Origin: Lawsonibacter asaccharolyticus
GTDB taxonomy: Bacteria; Bacillota; Clostridia; Oscillospirales; Ruminococcaceae
DNA length: 64,000 bases
Direction: 5' to 3'
Assembly: GCA_963599235.1 (NCBI GenBank)
Contig: CAVBWT010000012.1
Span: forward strand, 3,147 to 67,146
Shown here one piece after another: positions 27,308 through 35,671 of this stretch (position 1 is the first letter of the stretch; every line of letters starts with the position of its first letter). The notes beneath the pieces were generated by a model. That model was not told the origin of the DNA and made no database searches. It saw nothing but the letters and a program-made list of their open reading frames with translations. The translations under genes were made by a program, and so were the position numbers.

Positions 27308-28768
27308 TCAGGACTGATAGCCCAGCGCGACCTCGGCGATCTGAACCGGGTCAATAACGGCGTCAAACCGCTCGGTCTTCTGGCGCAGAGAGGACAGGCT
27401 GACCGGAGCCGTATGGCCGGTAGCCTGCTCGAGCTGCTGCATCGCCTCGAAATCGTTTTCCGGCGCAGCATGTCCCAGAGCTTCCAGCACGCTGCGAGGG
27501 AACTTGAAGGGAGATGCCGTGGACAGAACCACCATCGGCACGCCGTCGCGCTTCTTCTGCGCTGCAACGTGGAACGCCACAGCAGTATGGGTATCGCAGA
27601 GGTAATTGTCCTTCTCGTAACGAGCCTTGATCTCCCCTGCTACCTGCTCTTCGCTGCTCCAGCCGCAACTGAAGCTCTCCTGAATCTTTGCCAGTGTCTC
27701 GGGGCGGACGGTATAACTGCCCGTCTCGCTGAGGCTCTTCATCAAAGAGGCCACTTCGGCATCGCTGCCAGTGACGTGGTAGAGCAGACGCTCAAGGTTG
27801 GACGATACCAGAATATCCATGCTGGGCGAGGTGGTCTTGAAGAATTCCCGTTTTGCGGTATAGATACCGGTCATCAGGAAGTCAGTCAGGACATTGTTCT
27901 CGTTGGAAGCGCAGACCAGCTTGCCGACAGGCAGACCCATTTGTTTTGCGTAGTAACCGGCGAGGATATCGCCGAAGTTGCCGGTCGGAACGCAGAAGTC
28001 GACCTTATCGTCAAATGCGATTTTGCCAGCCTTGAGCAGCTGAGCGTATGCGGCGAAGTAGTAGACGATCTGCGGAACCAAACGACCCCAGTTGATGGAG
28101 TTTGCGCTGGAAAGACGGATGTTCCGCTCAGCCAGTTGTGCGGCGATGGCCTTGTCGCCAAAGACACGCTTGACTCCGGTCTGAGCATCGTCAAAATTGC
28201 CGCGGACGGCATAGACTGCAACATTCTCGCCTTCCTGCGTTGCCATCTGGAGACGCTGGATCTCGCTGGTGCCGCCGGTCGGATAGAAAACGGCGATCTC
28301 AATGCCCGGCACATCGTGATAGCCGTCCAGAGCAGCCTTGCCGGTATCGCCGCTGGTCGCGACGAGGATGAGGGTCTTCTCGGTGCGGTTCAGATTTTTC
28401 TTTGCCTCAACGAGAAGTTTCGGCATCAGCTGAAGGGCGTAATCCTTGAATGCGCAGGTCGGGCCGTGCCAGAGTTCCAGTGCGGAGACACCCTCCGACA
28501 CCGGTGCCAGATAACCGGCCTTGCCGCCAAAGGCTGCGCCGTATGTCTTGGCAGTGGCCTCTTTGAGGAAATCTGCCGAGTAATCCGTCAGATACTCCTT
28601 GATGATGGCTGCTGCCATTGCCGGGTAATCCATCTCACAGATGGCCTTGACATCCACCTGCGGAAAGCTTTCGGGTACAAACAGGCCGCCCTCGTCGGAC
28701 AGACCCTGTGCGATGGCCTCCGAAGAGGTCACGATGCGGCTGCGATCTCGTGTACTGAAAAACTGCAT
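27308..28768 (-). CDS. thrC: Threonine synthase
   Basis: 486 aa with MQFFSTRD...GLFVP at the N-terminus and a PLP lysine motif (GPTCAFKDYALQ). Confidence 0.9.
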   Translation of the reverse strand: MQFFSTRDRSRIVTSSEAIAQGLSDEGGLFVPESFPQVDVKAICEMDYPAMAAAIIKEYLTDYSADFLKEATAKTYGAAFGGKAGYLAPVSEGVSALELWHGPTCAFKDYALQLMPKLLVEAKKNLNRTEKTLILVATSGDTGKAALDGYHDVPGIEIAVFYPTGGTSEIQRLQMATQEGENVAVYAVRGNFDDAQTGVKRVFGDKAIAAQLAERNIRLSSANSINWGRLVPQIVYYFAAYAQLLKAGKIAFDDKVDFCVPTGNFGDILAGYYAKQMGLPVGKLVCASNENNVLTDFLMTGIYTAKREFFKTTSPSMDILVSSNLERLLYHVTGSDAEVASLMKSLSETGSYTVRPETLAKIQESFSCGWSSEEQVAGEIKARYEKDNYLCDTHTAVAFHVAAQKKRDGVPMVVLSTASPFKFPRSVLEALGHAAPENDFEAMQQLEQATGHTAPVSLSSLRQKTERFDAVIDPVQIAEVALGYQS

Positions 28769-28861
28769 TGTCGTTGCTCCTTTTCGCCAGAGGAACCCTC
28801 ACTGGTTCCTGTGTTACGGCAGCGGCAAAGGCCATTTTCTGCCGTTTCCCACCTGAGTGCA

Positions 28862-29230
28862 TCAACCATTCGTGTCAAAAGCACCCCTTATAATATGTAC
28901 CATCCAGCGTCCGCTGTCAAGAGGTGTTATCTCTGCAACGTCAAATCTTATGGGTTCATCGCTTTGATTTGTCTGCTGGAGATAGATTTTTGCGGCTCGG
29001 ATCAGCTTTTTCTGCTTGGCAGGGGTCACAGCGGAGGCCGGACTTGCCAGTGGGTCTTCGCTCCGGGTCTTGACCTCGCAAAGCACCAGCGTGCCGTCCG
29101 GCTCCCTTAAGATGAGGTCGATTTCTCCCATCCGGGTACGGAAGTTATGCGCAACGAGGGTGCATCCCTGTTTGAGGTAGTACCGCGCAGCGACAGCTTC
29201 TCCTCTGTGACCCAGTTCTGCACTGTCCAT
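28862..29230 (-). CDS. YraN-family (UPF0102) endonuclease-like protein
   Basis: GHRGEAVAARYYLKQGCTLVAHNFRTRMGEIDLILRE...LCEVKTR. The ATG overlaps the rnhB stop (TGATG). Confidence 0.8.
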   Translation of the reverse strand: MDSAELGHRGEAVAARYYLKQGCTLVAHNFRTRMGEIDLILREPDGTLVLCEVKTRSEDPLASPASAVTPAKQKKLIRAAKIYLQQTNQSDEPIRFDVAEITPLDSGRWMVHIIRGAFDTNG

Positions 29231-29874
29231 CACTTGCCCTCGAGCCAGTAGCCCTGTTTTTTCAGAAAGCTGCGACGGTAGAACGGCTGGATGCCATACT
29301 GCGCAATGAGTTCGTAATGAAGTTTGGTCGGGTAGCCCTTGTGCTTGGCGAGCTGGTACTGCGGAAACTGCTTGTCCAACTCGAGCATATAACGGTCACG
29401 GCTGACCTTCGCCAAGATAGACGCCGCACCGATACTGGCACTGGTTGCATCACCCTTAACAACGGGGTCTGCCGGCATCGTCAAACCAGCCGGAACACAG
29501 TTGCCGTCCACAAGGACGAGGTTCGGCACGATGTCCAACCCCTCGACCGCCTGTCTCATGCCGCCCATAGTGGCATTGAGGATGTTGTCACGGTCGATGA
29601 TATCCGAGCCAACAAAAACGATCTTGTAGGCCAATGCCTTTTCACAGATCTCGTCGAAGAGGGCTTCCCGTTTTTTCTCGGTCAGCTTCTTCGAGTCGTT
29701 GATGCCGTAGACCGGATTTTCCGGGTCAAGGATGCAGGCGGCAACGCAGACCGGCCCACAGAGAGGGCCGCGGCCTGCTTCGTCTACACCGGCAAAGCAG
29801 CCACTCTCTGCCCGGACTGCCGCATCATACTCGTACAGCGGCGCAGAGATCTCTTCATCCGTCCGGCGTTTCAT
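29230..29874 (-). CDS. rnhB: Ribonuclease HII
   Basis: [14 protein letters not shown] catalytic motif. ATGA overlap with the rbgA stop. Confidence 0.9.
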   Translation of the reverse strand: MKRRTDEEISAPLYEYDAAVRAESGCFAGVDEAGRGPLCGPVCVAACILDPENPVYGINDSKKLTEKKREALFDEICEKALAYKIVFVGSDIIDRDNILNATMGGMRQAVEGLDIVPNLVLVDGNCVPAGLTMPADPVVKGDATSASIGAASILAKVSRDRYMLELDKQFPQYQLAKHKGYPTKLHYELIAQYGIQPFYRRSFLKKQGYWLEGK

Positions 29875-30794
29875 TCGTCGTCCTCCTCGGCAAAGTCCGC
29901 GAGGTCGTCACGCTGCGGCGGACGCTCGAGGGAGATGCGGCCCCACTTGCAGGCACGGAACTCGTCCACCAGCATAACGGCACAGCGTTCGGTGTTGACT
30001 TCACCGCCGCGCACCAGCAGACCGCGCTTCCGGCCGATGGCTTCCATCAGCTCATAGGGCGGCAGAGCCAGCGTCTCGGCGTCCAGCTTGTACCGCTGGG
30101 CAACGAGATCGGGATAGTTGCGGCGCACCTCATCCAGCAGGTTCATCGCCAGCTCCTCGACATCCAGAATGTCGTCCTTGATGGAGCCGATGAAAGCCAG
30201 ATTGGAAGCGGTGGTCTTGGAATCAAATTTTTTCCAGAGAACGCCGGGCATATCCAACAGGTCAAACTTTTCGGTACTGACCCACTGTTTGCCCTTGGTG
30301 ACGCCCGGGCGGTCAGCCGCCTTTGCACGAGCAGAACCAGCAAAGGTGTTGATAAAGGTGGACTTACCGACGTTCGGGATACCGCAGAGCATCACCTGCG
30401 TTTTAGCACCACCCATGCCGCGCGTCTGGCGGCGTTCCAGCAGACCAGCAAGTTCTTTTTCAATTGCAGTCTTGACGGCATTTGCGCCGCCTTTCTGCTT
30501 CGCACTGATGGCGACACAGCCAGCATCCGCTGCACGGAAATATTTGATCCATTCTTCCGTGACCTCCGGGTCTGCGAGGTCAGCCTTGTTCAGGGCGTAG
30601 AGTTTGGGTTTGCGAGCGGTGATCCGCTCGATCTCCGGGTTCAGGCTGGACAGAGGGATTCTCGCGTCCAGCAGAACCAGACTTGCATCTACATGCTGAA
30701 TTTCCTGCTCCATCATCCGGAGCGTTTTTGTCATATGGCCCGGGAACCACTGAATCGTGTACTGGTTCGCGAACCGGGTATCCTGATTGTTCAT
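29871..30794 (-). CDS. rbgA: Ribosome biogenesis GTPase A (YlqF/RbgA)
   Basis: [10 protein letters not shown] start and a circularly permuted GTPase (NKADL before GIPNVGKST). Confidence 0.9.
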   Translation of the reverse strand: MNNQDTRFANQYTIQWFPGHMTKTLRMMEQEIQHVDASLVLLDARIPLSSLNPEIERITARKPKLYALNKADLADPEVTEEWIKYFRAADAGCVAISAKQKGGANAVKTAIEKELAGLLERRQTRGMGGAKTQVMLCGIPNVGKSTFINTFAGSARAKAADRPGVTKGKQWVSTEKFDLLDMPGVLWKKFDSKTTASNLAFIGSIKDDILDVEELAMNLLDEVRRNYPDLVAQRYKLDAETLALPPYELMEAIGRKRGLLVRGGEVNTERCAVMLVDEFRACKWGRISLERPPQRDDLADFAEEDDE

Positions 30795-31360
30795 TTTACC
30801 ACTCCAAAATCCGAAAAGGGCAAAAAGCAGAACAGCACTCTGCCCAGAATATCTTGTTCATCAATGCAGCCAACGTAGGTGGAACGGCTGTCCAGTGAGG
30901 CGTTACGGTTGTCGCCCATAACGAAGACCGTACCTTCCGGCACGGTGTACGGGAACTCCACATCATAGCCGAGATAGGTCGGCTCGGCGATGTAGTCTTC
31001 TTCCAGCACTTTCCCGTTCACCTCGACGGTTCCGGTCGAATAGTCGATGTTGATGGTATCGCCGCCCTTGGCGATGACACGCTTGACCAGCGGCTTGCCG
31101 TAGCTGGTGTAGCTGTCCACGATGACAACATCGCCGCGCTCCGGCTCATAGCCTGCGCCCCAGACGATGAGCTTATCGCCGTTGTCCAGCGTCGGCACCA
31201 TCGACTCGCCGTCCACCTGAATGATGCGGAAGAAAAAGGAGAACAGAAGTACCAGCACGACGGCGGCGGAGATCAGAGCCTCATACCACTCAAGAAGGTT
31301 CTGCCCCTTGAGGGCAGTGGGCTGTTTTTCCGGCTGCGTTTGCGGTTCCATATTCCACAC
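30791..31360 (-). CDS. lepB: Signal peptidase I
   Basis: VDGESMVPTL (Ser), KRVIAKGGD (Lys) and GDNRNASLDSR boxes. Confidence 0.85.
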   Translation of the reverse strand: MWNMEPQTQPEKQPTALKGQNLLEWYEALISAAVVLVLLFSFFFRIIQVDGESMVPTLDNGDKLIVWGAGYEPERGDVVIVDSYTSYGKPLVKRVIAKGGDTINIDYSTGTVEVNGKVLEEDYIAEPTYLGYDVEFPYTVPEGTVFVMGDNRNASLDSRSTYVGCIDEQDILGRVLFCFLPFSDFGVVK

Positions 31361-31431
31361 CTCTCAATCCTGTATTCTCATTTTTACCGGGAGTTTCCTG
31401 TCGGCAGTACGCGGTTTTGCATAGCTGACCG

Positions 31432-31468
31432 CCGAAAAAGAAAAAAGGAACAACATAGTTGTTCCTTT
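31432..31468 (-). terminator. Rho-independent terminator of rplS
   Basis: AAAGGAACAAC-tat-GTTGTTCCTTT perfect 11-bp stem followed by TTTCTTTTT on the minus strand. Confidence 0.8.
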
Positions 31469-31490
31469 CTCCCGGTTGAAACGGGAATAA

Positions 31491-31832
31491 TCAAATATCG
31501 CTCTTGACCTTGGCAGCCTTGCCCGTACGGCCACGCAGGTAGAACAGCTTTGCGCGGCGAACCTTGCCCTTGCGGACAACGGTGATCTTCTCAACAAACG
31601 GGCTGTTGATGGGGAAGACACGCTCGATGCCAACACCGTAAGCAACGCGGCGAACGGTGAAGGTCTCTGCGATGCCGCCGTGCTTCTTAGCAATGACGGT
31701 ACCCTCGAAAGCCTGAATGCGCTCACGATCGCCTTCCTTGATACGAACATCAACGCGGACGGTATCGCCGACGTTGAACTGGGGCTTTTCAGCCTTGATG
31801 CTGCCTTCAGAAATAATCTTCAGTGCGTCCAT
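31491..31832 (-). CDS. rplS: 50S ribosomal protein L19
   Basis: [38 protein letters not shown] 31832 is preceded by GGAGG at 8 nt. Confidence 0.95.
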   Translation of the reverse strand: MDALKIISEGSIKAEKPQFNVGDTVRVDVRIKEGDRERIQAFEGTVIAKKHGGIAETFTVRRVAYGVGIERVFPINSPFVEKITVVRKGKVRRAKLFYLRGRTGKAAKVKSDI

Positions 31833-31953
31833 TTTTGAATCCTCCATTTGTTTTTAGACGTTCATGCACGGCACTTTGCCGCCAGAGGACCGCCCGTTTA
31901 ATGATTGTCGTCATTAACCCCGCTGTGGCTTCAGCGGACACTAACGCCTAAAT
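31833..31953 (-). ncRNA. Structured 5' leader of rplS (candidate r-protein autoregulatory leader)
   Basis: Lies downstream of a TTGCAT-17-(TGc)TATTCT promoter-like element (31982..31954). Contains hairpins CCGCTG/CAGCGG (31920..31937) and TTAATGA/TCATTAA (31898..31917) plus a short CGGC/GCCG stem. Confidence 0.3.
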
Positions 31954-32013
31954 AGAATAGCACAAATGCTGTACAAATGCAAGTGTTTTTGGAAAAATAA
32001 GTACGATTTTTTC

Positions 32014-32658
32014 TCAGCGGAACACCTGCTTGTCCGCCGTGAGGAACCGGGTGCGCAGAATGTTCGCATTTGCCGCCGGGATGCCGAATTTTTCCTCAAG
32101 GAAACCGACCAGCAGAGACGGGTTCAGGGTCAGCTCCTGCGCGGCAGGCAGGCAGAGCGGAAAGCTGACCATATCCCCTTCTGTTTTCAGCTCCAGTGAC
32201 GGAACATACGTCTTGAGTTCCACGGTCTTGACGCCGCGCTTGCTCCTTTTCTCCACCGAAACGCTTTCCAATGCGTTGTACTGCGCCAGAGCTTCGGCGG
32301 CGGATGTCGGGTAGCTGATCTCATAGCAGGCAAAGGCGATGAGATCGGCTTTCATCTGTACCGGCTTCACCGAAGTCACCTCGATGCCTGCCGGCATGAT
32401 GGCATTCAGAGCCGTCTGCCACTGCGCGAAGTCGGGGTTTTCGGCCTCAGTCTTGACGTCGACGCACTCGCACTCACTCTCCTGTCCCAGAGACAGCGGA
32501 CAGGCAAACGTCATATAGATATGAGGGTTGAAGCCCAGCGTATGCCAGACCGGGAGTCCGCTCCGCTTCAGCACGCGCTGCATGACACGCTGCATGTCCA
32601 GCAGCGAGATGTAGGAGGCTTCGTTCTTTTTCTTAAACGAGATTCTGACTGTAATCAA
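32014..32658 (-). CDS. TIGR03936-type radical SAM-linked protein (DUF2344)
   Basis: ISLLDMQRVMQRVLKRSGLPVWHTLGFNPHIYMTFACPLSLGQESECE matches the family signature. TTG 32658 is preceded by AGGAGG at 7 nt and overlaps the upstream gene by 26 nt. Confidence 0.75.
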   Translation of the reverse strand: MITVRISFKKKNEASYISLLDMQRVMQRVLKRSGLPVWHTLGFNPHIYMTFACPLSLGQESECECVDVKTEAENPDFAQWQTALNAIMPAGIEVTSVKPVQMKADLIAFACYEISYPTSAAEALAQYNALESVSVEKRSKRGVKTVELKTYVPSLELKTEGDMVSFPLCLPAAQELTLNPSLLVGFLEEKFGIPAANANILRTRFLTADKQVFR

Positions 32659-34492
32659 AGCAGGGTCCTCCTAACAGATGATTTGCACCGCAGCCGTGGC
32701 AGGCACGGTTACAGGGTTGGGTAGTCTGAGCGGCGAGAGCCTTATTATACTCACGCACAAGGTATTCGTGGGTAACGCCGTAGTCCATGTGCGACCACGG
32801 AGTGACCTCATCCAGACCGATGGCTCGCTGGCAATAGAACTTGGGGTCGATGCCCATGTCCGCAAAGGTCTGCATCCAGATATCGTACTTGAAGCACTCT
32901 TCCCAGCCATCAAAGTAGCAGCCGCGCTTGTAGGCTTCGAGGATGACCGGAGCCAGACGGCGGTCGCCCTTGGCAAAGACGCCCTCGAGGAAGCCGGTCT
33001 TGCTGTCATGGTAGTTAACCTTGATCTTCCGGCTGTGGACGCTTTCAAGCAGGTGCTTCTGCTTGGCCTGCAGGGTCTCTGCGGTATCCATCGGCACGAA
33101 CTGGAAAGGCGTGTGCGGTTTCGGCACGAAGCAGGAGCAGCTGATGGTGACCTGCACGCCGCGACCCTTGGCATGGTTCATGCTGTAATAGAGGTCGACG
33201 ACCTTCTGCGCGGTCTCAGCAATGCCCTCGATATCCTCCATCGTCTCGGTGGGCAGACCCATCATGAAATAGAGCTTGACCGAGGTATAACCGTTGGCAA
33301 AAGCCAGCGAGCAGGTCTTTTCGATTTCATCCCAAGTAACGTTTTTGTTGATGACATCGCGCAGACGCTGGGTGCCTGCCTCGGCCGCGAAGGTCAGGCC
33401 GCTCTTGCGGACTTTGGTCGTCTTTTCAATGAGGCTCTGAGAGAAGTTGTCCATTCGGAGCGAAGGCAGCGACAGGCTGACATGCTCCTCAGGAGCCCAC
33501 TCGTTCAGGTCATCCAGCAGTTCTTCCAGCTGACCGTGGTCAGAAGTAGACAGACTGGACAGACTCAGCTCCTCGTAGCCGGTGTTGGCGCAGAGGTCTT
33601 TCGCAGCTTTGTTCAGCAGGCTGGCGTCACGCTGACGCATGGGGCGGTACAGGAAACCGGCCTGACAGAAGCGGCAGCCGCGCACACAGCCGCGCAGGAC
33701 TTCGATGCTGGCACGATCCTGAATCGCGCCGACCATCGGAACGACAAAATTCGTCGGCGGCGTAAAATCGTTCAGATTCTTGATGATAGCCTTGGTAATA
33801 ACCGCAGGGATGCCCGGCTCGTTGGGCGTGATGGACTTGACCCGGCCGTCCTCGTAATATTCGACATCGTAGAACGCCGGAATGTAGACACCCGGAATTT
33901 TTGCGATGCGGAGCAGCAGCTCTTTCCTGGAGACGCAGCCCTCTTTCTTGGCCTTCTCGATTTCAGCGCAGATGCTGGGGAGCTGGTTTTCGCCCTCACC
34001 CAGCTGGATGACGTCGAAGAAATCGGCGATAGGCTCCGAGTTGCAGGCACAGGGGCCGCCTGCGACAATAAGCGGCCACGACTCGTCACGATCCTTAGAA
34101 TAGAACGGGATACCTGCCAAGTCGAGCATTGCCAGAATATTCGTATAGGACAGCTCATATTGCAGGGTAAAGCCCACGGCATCGAAATCGGTCAGAGGGT
34201 CTTTGCTCTCCATCGTGTAGAGGGGCAGATGCAGACGCTCCATCTCAGCTTTCATATCCAGCCAGGGCATAAAGGCACGTTCGCACCACCAGTTCTCGTG
34301 AGAGTTCAGCAGCTCATACAAGATTTTTTCGCCCAGAAAGGACATACCAACTTCATAGGTATCCGGAAAGCAGAACGCAAAACGAACGTCAACTTTCTCT
34401 TTTTCTTTATAGACACTGCCCGGTTCGCCGCCGGTATAACGGCCCGGCTTCTGTACCCGGCCCAGTGCTTCTTTCAGCTTGGGATCAAACAT
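32633..34492 (-). CDS. TIGR03960-type B12-binding-domain radical SAM protein
   Basis: VQKPGRYTGGE...FAFCFPDTYEVGMSFLGEKILYELLN N-terminus and a radical SAM cluster motif (C-VRG-C-RF-C in LRGCVRGCRFCQAG). Confidence 0.8.
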   Translation of the reverse strand: MFDPKLKEALGRVQKPGRYTGGEPGSVYKEKEKVDVRFAFCFPDTYEVGMSFLGEKILYELLNSHENWWCERAFMPWLDMKAEMERLHLPLYTMESKDPLTDFDAVGFTLQYELSYTNILAMLDLAGIPFYSKDRDESWPLIVAGGPCACNSEPIADFFDVIQLGEGENQLPSICAEIEKAKKEGCVSRKELLLRIAKIPGVYIPAFYDVEYYEDGRVKSITPNEPGIPAVITKAIIKNLNDFTPPTNFVVPMVGAIQDRASIEVLRGCVRGCRFCQAGFLYRPMRQRDASLLNKAAKDLCANTGYEELSLSSLSTSDHGQLEELLDDLNEWAPEEHVSLSLPSLRMDNFSQSLIEKTTKVRKSGLTFAAEAGTQRLRDVINKNVTWDEIEKTCSLAFANGYTSVKLYFMMGLPTETMEDIEGIAETAQKVVDLYYSMNHAKGRGVQVTISCSCFVPKPHTPFQFVPMDTAETLQAKQKHLLESVHSRKIKVNYHDSKTGFLEGVFAKGDRRLAPVILEAYKRGCYFDGWEECFKYDIWMQTFADMGIDPKFYCQRAIGLDEVTPWSHMDYGVTHEYLVREYNKALAAQTTQPCNRACHGCGANHLLGGPCFDYSQNLV

Positions 34493-34552
34493 TAAGTTCC
34501 TCCATTGGCTTTTGACAAACGGTTTTCATTTTTTCATGTTTTTTATTGTACC

Positions 34553-35020
34553 CTATTTCCGGGGGAATTGCAAGGATTTCCAGATTTCCCAACCGTCCAG
34601 CGGCGGAACCGGCAGCAGGTTGAACGCCGCCGTCAGCAGATTTGCTGCAAGAAAAGCACTGCCCCGGAGGGTCGCCTGCCGGTTCATCCGGAAGGCCCAG
34701 ATCGCTGCCAGAAGCAGATTCGTACCCGGCCCGGCGGCGGCAAGGCAGAGTGTTTCAAACCGGGAAAGCTTCTCCTTGTTCACATGCAGGCAGAAACCGG
34801 TCATCGTAATGTCGATCTGTGGTTTCCGACGCAGGATGAGTCCGTAGACCAGAATATGCCCCATTTCATGAAAAACGGCCGCCCACAGCCCGATACGAAG
34901 AAAGTCGCTGGCATCGAACCAGAGCAGCAAATACAGCACGCCGCAGAGCAGGAATGGGTCACGAAAGTTCAGACAGCCAAGGCGGAAATTCTGACGGAAT
35001 GGTTTCATAAGCATGCTCAT
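34553..35020 (-). CDS. Minimal site-2 protease (M50, SpoIVFB-like) membrane protein
   Basis: 155 aa with about 4 TM. Has HExxH (FHEMGH) and NxxPxxxLDG (NLLPVPPLDG). ATGA-type overlap with the upstream M23 gene. Confidence 0.6.
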   Translation of the reverse strand: MSMLMKPFRQNFRLGCLNFRDPFLLCGVLYLLLWFDASDFLRIGLWAAVFHEMGHILVYGLILRRKPQIDITMTGFCLHVNKEKLSRFETLCLAAAGPGTNLLLAAIWAFRMNRQATLRGSAFLAANLLTAAFNLLPVPPLDGWEIWKSLQFPRK

Positions 35021-35565
35021 TTCAGAAGCTTTTCCGGGTCGTAAGATATACCATTCTGATAAAACTCGAGATGAAGGTGCGCACCGGTCGCCCTGCCGGT
35101 CTGCCCTGCAGTTCCCAGCGGCTGACCTGCCTGCACCACCTCCCCTGCCCGGACATAGAGATACTGCATATGAGCATAAAGCGTCTCCTGTCCGCTGCTG
35201 TGGCAGAGACGGATGACATTGCCATAGCTGGTGCTGTTCCGTGCCGAGACGACCACACCGCTCATTGCCGCAAGGACAGGCGTACCTTCCGCACAGGCAA
35301 GGTCAACACCGCGGTGGAACGCCTCTTTGCCGGTGAACGGATCGTCTCGCCAACCGTAAGCATCGGATACCCTCCACGCCCGGCTCCCCAGCGGAAAATG
35401 CGTTTCCCGAACCGGAGAGAGTTTTTTGAGAGATGCACCGACAGGTGCCGACTTTCCTGCCCGAGCGGAAATGCCGAAGAGAAGCACAGCAGTCGTTGCC
35501 AATATGAGTGCGACGATACGGAAAAAGAGTTTGGGATGCGTTTTTTTCTGTCGGACTGCCTGCAT
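35017..35565 (-). CDS. M23/LytM-family peptidase with N-terminal membrane anchor (SpoIVFA-position)
   Basis: HRGVDLACAEGTPVLAAMSGVV and GAHLHLEF zinc-ligand motifs. Confidence 0.85.
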   Translation of the reverse strand: MQAVRQKKTHPKLFFRIVALILATTAVLLFGISARAGKSAPVGASLKKLSPVRETHFPLGSRAWRVSDAYGWRDDPFTGKEAFHRGVDLACAEGTPVLAAMSGVVVSARNSTSYGNVIRLCHSSGQETLYAHMQYLYVRAGEVVQAGQPLGTAGQTGRATGAHLHLEFYQNGISYDPEKLLK

Positions 35566-35621
35566 AAATAAAGTTCCTCCGTTTTTTCAAGGAGTATATG
35601 CAGAGAAAGGCGCAAACAGAA

Positions 35622-35659
35622 CCACAGCCGCCCAGCTTTGAGAAAGTGGGCGGCTGTGG
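35622..35659 (-). terminator. Hairpin downstream of ppk1 (terminator candidate)
   Basis: CCACAGCCGCCCA/TGGGCGGCTGTGG 13-bp perfect stem with only a modest T-tract (TTCTGTTTG). Confidence 0.5.
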
Positions 35660-35671
35660 TTGGGTCAGATT

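Noticed and set aside
31898-31917. Fur/Zur/PerR-box-like palindrome TTAATGA-N6-TCATTAA in the rplS leader, given that a Fur-family gene is in the window.
   Set aside because: The 6-nt spacer does not fit the 7-1-7 architecture of Fur-family boxes, and L19 is not a known Zur target. It is more simply an RNA hairpin.
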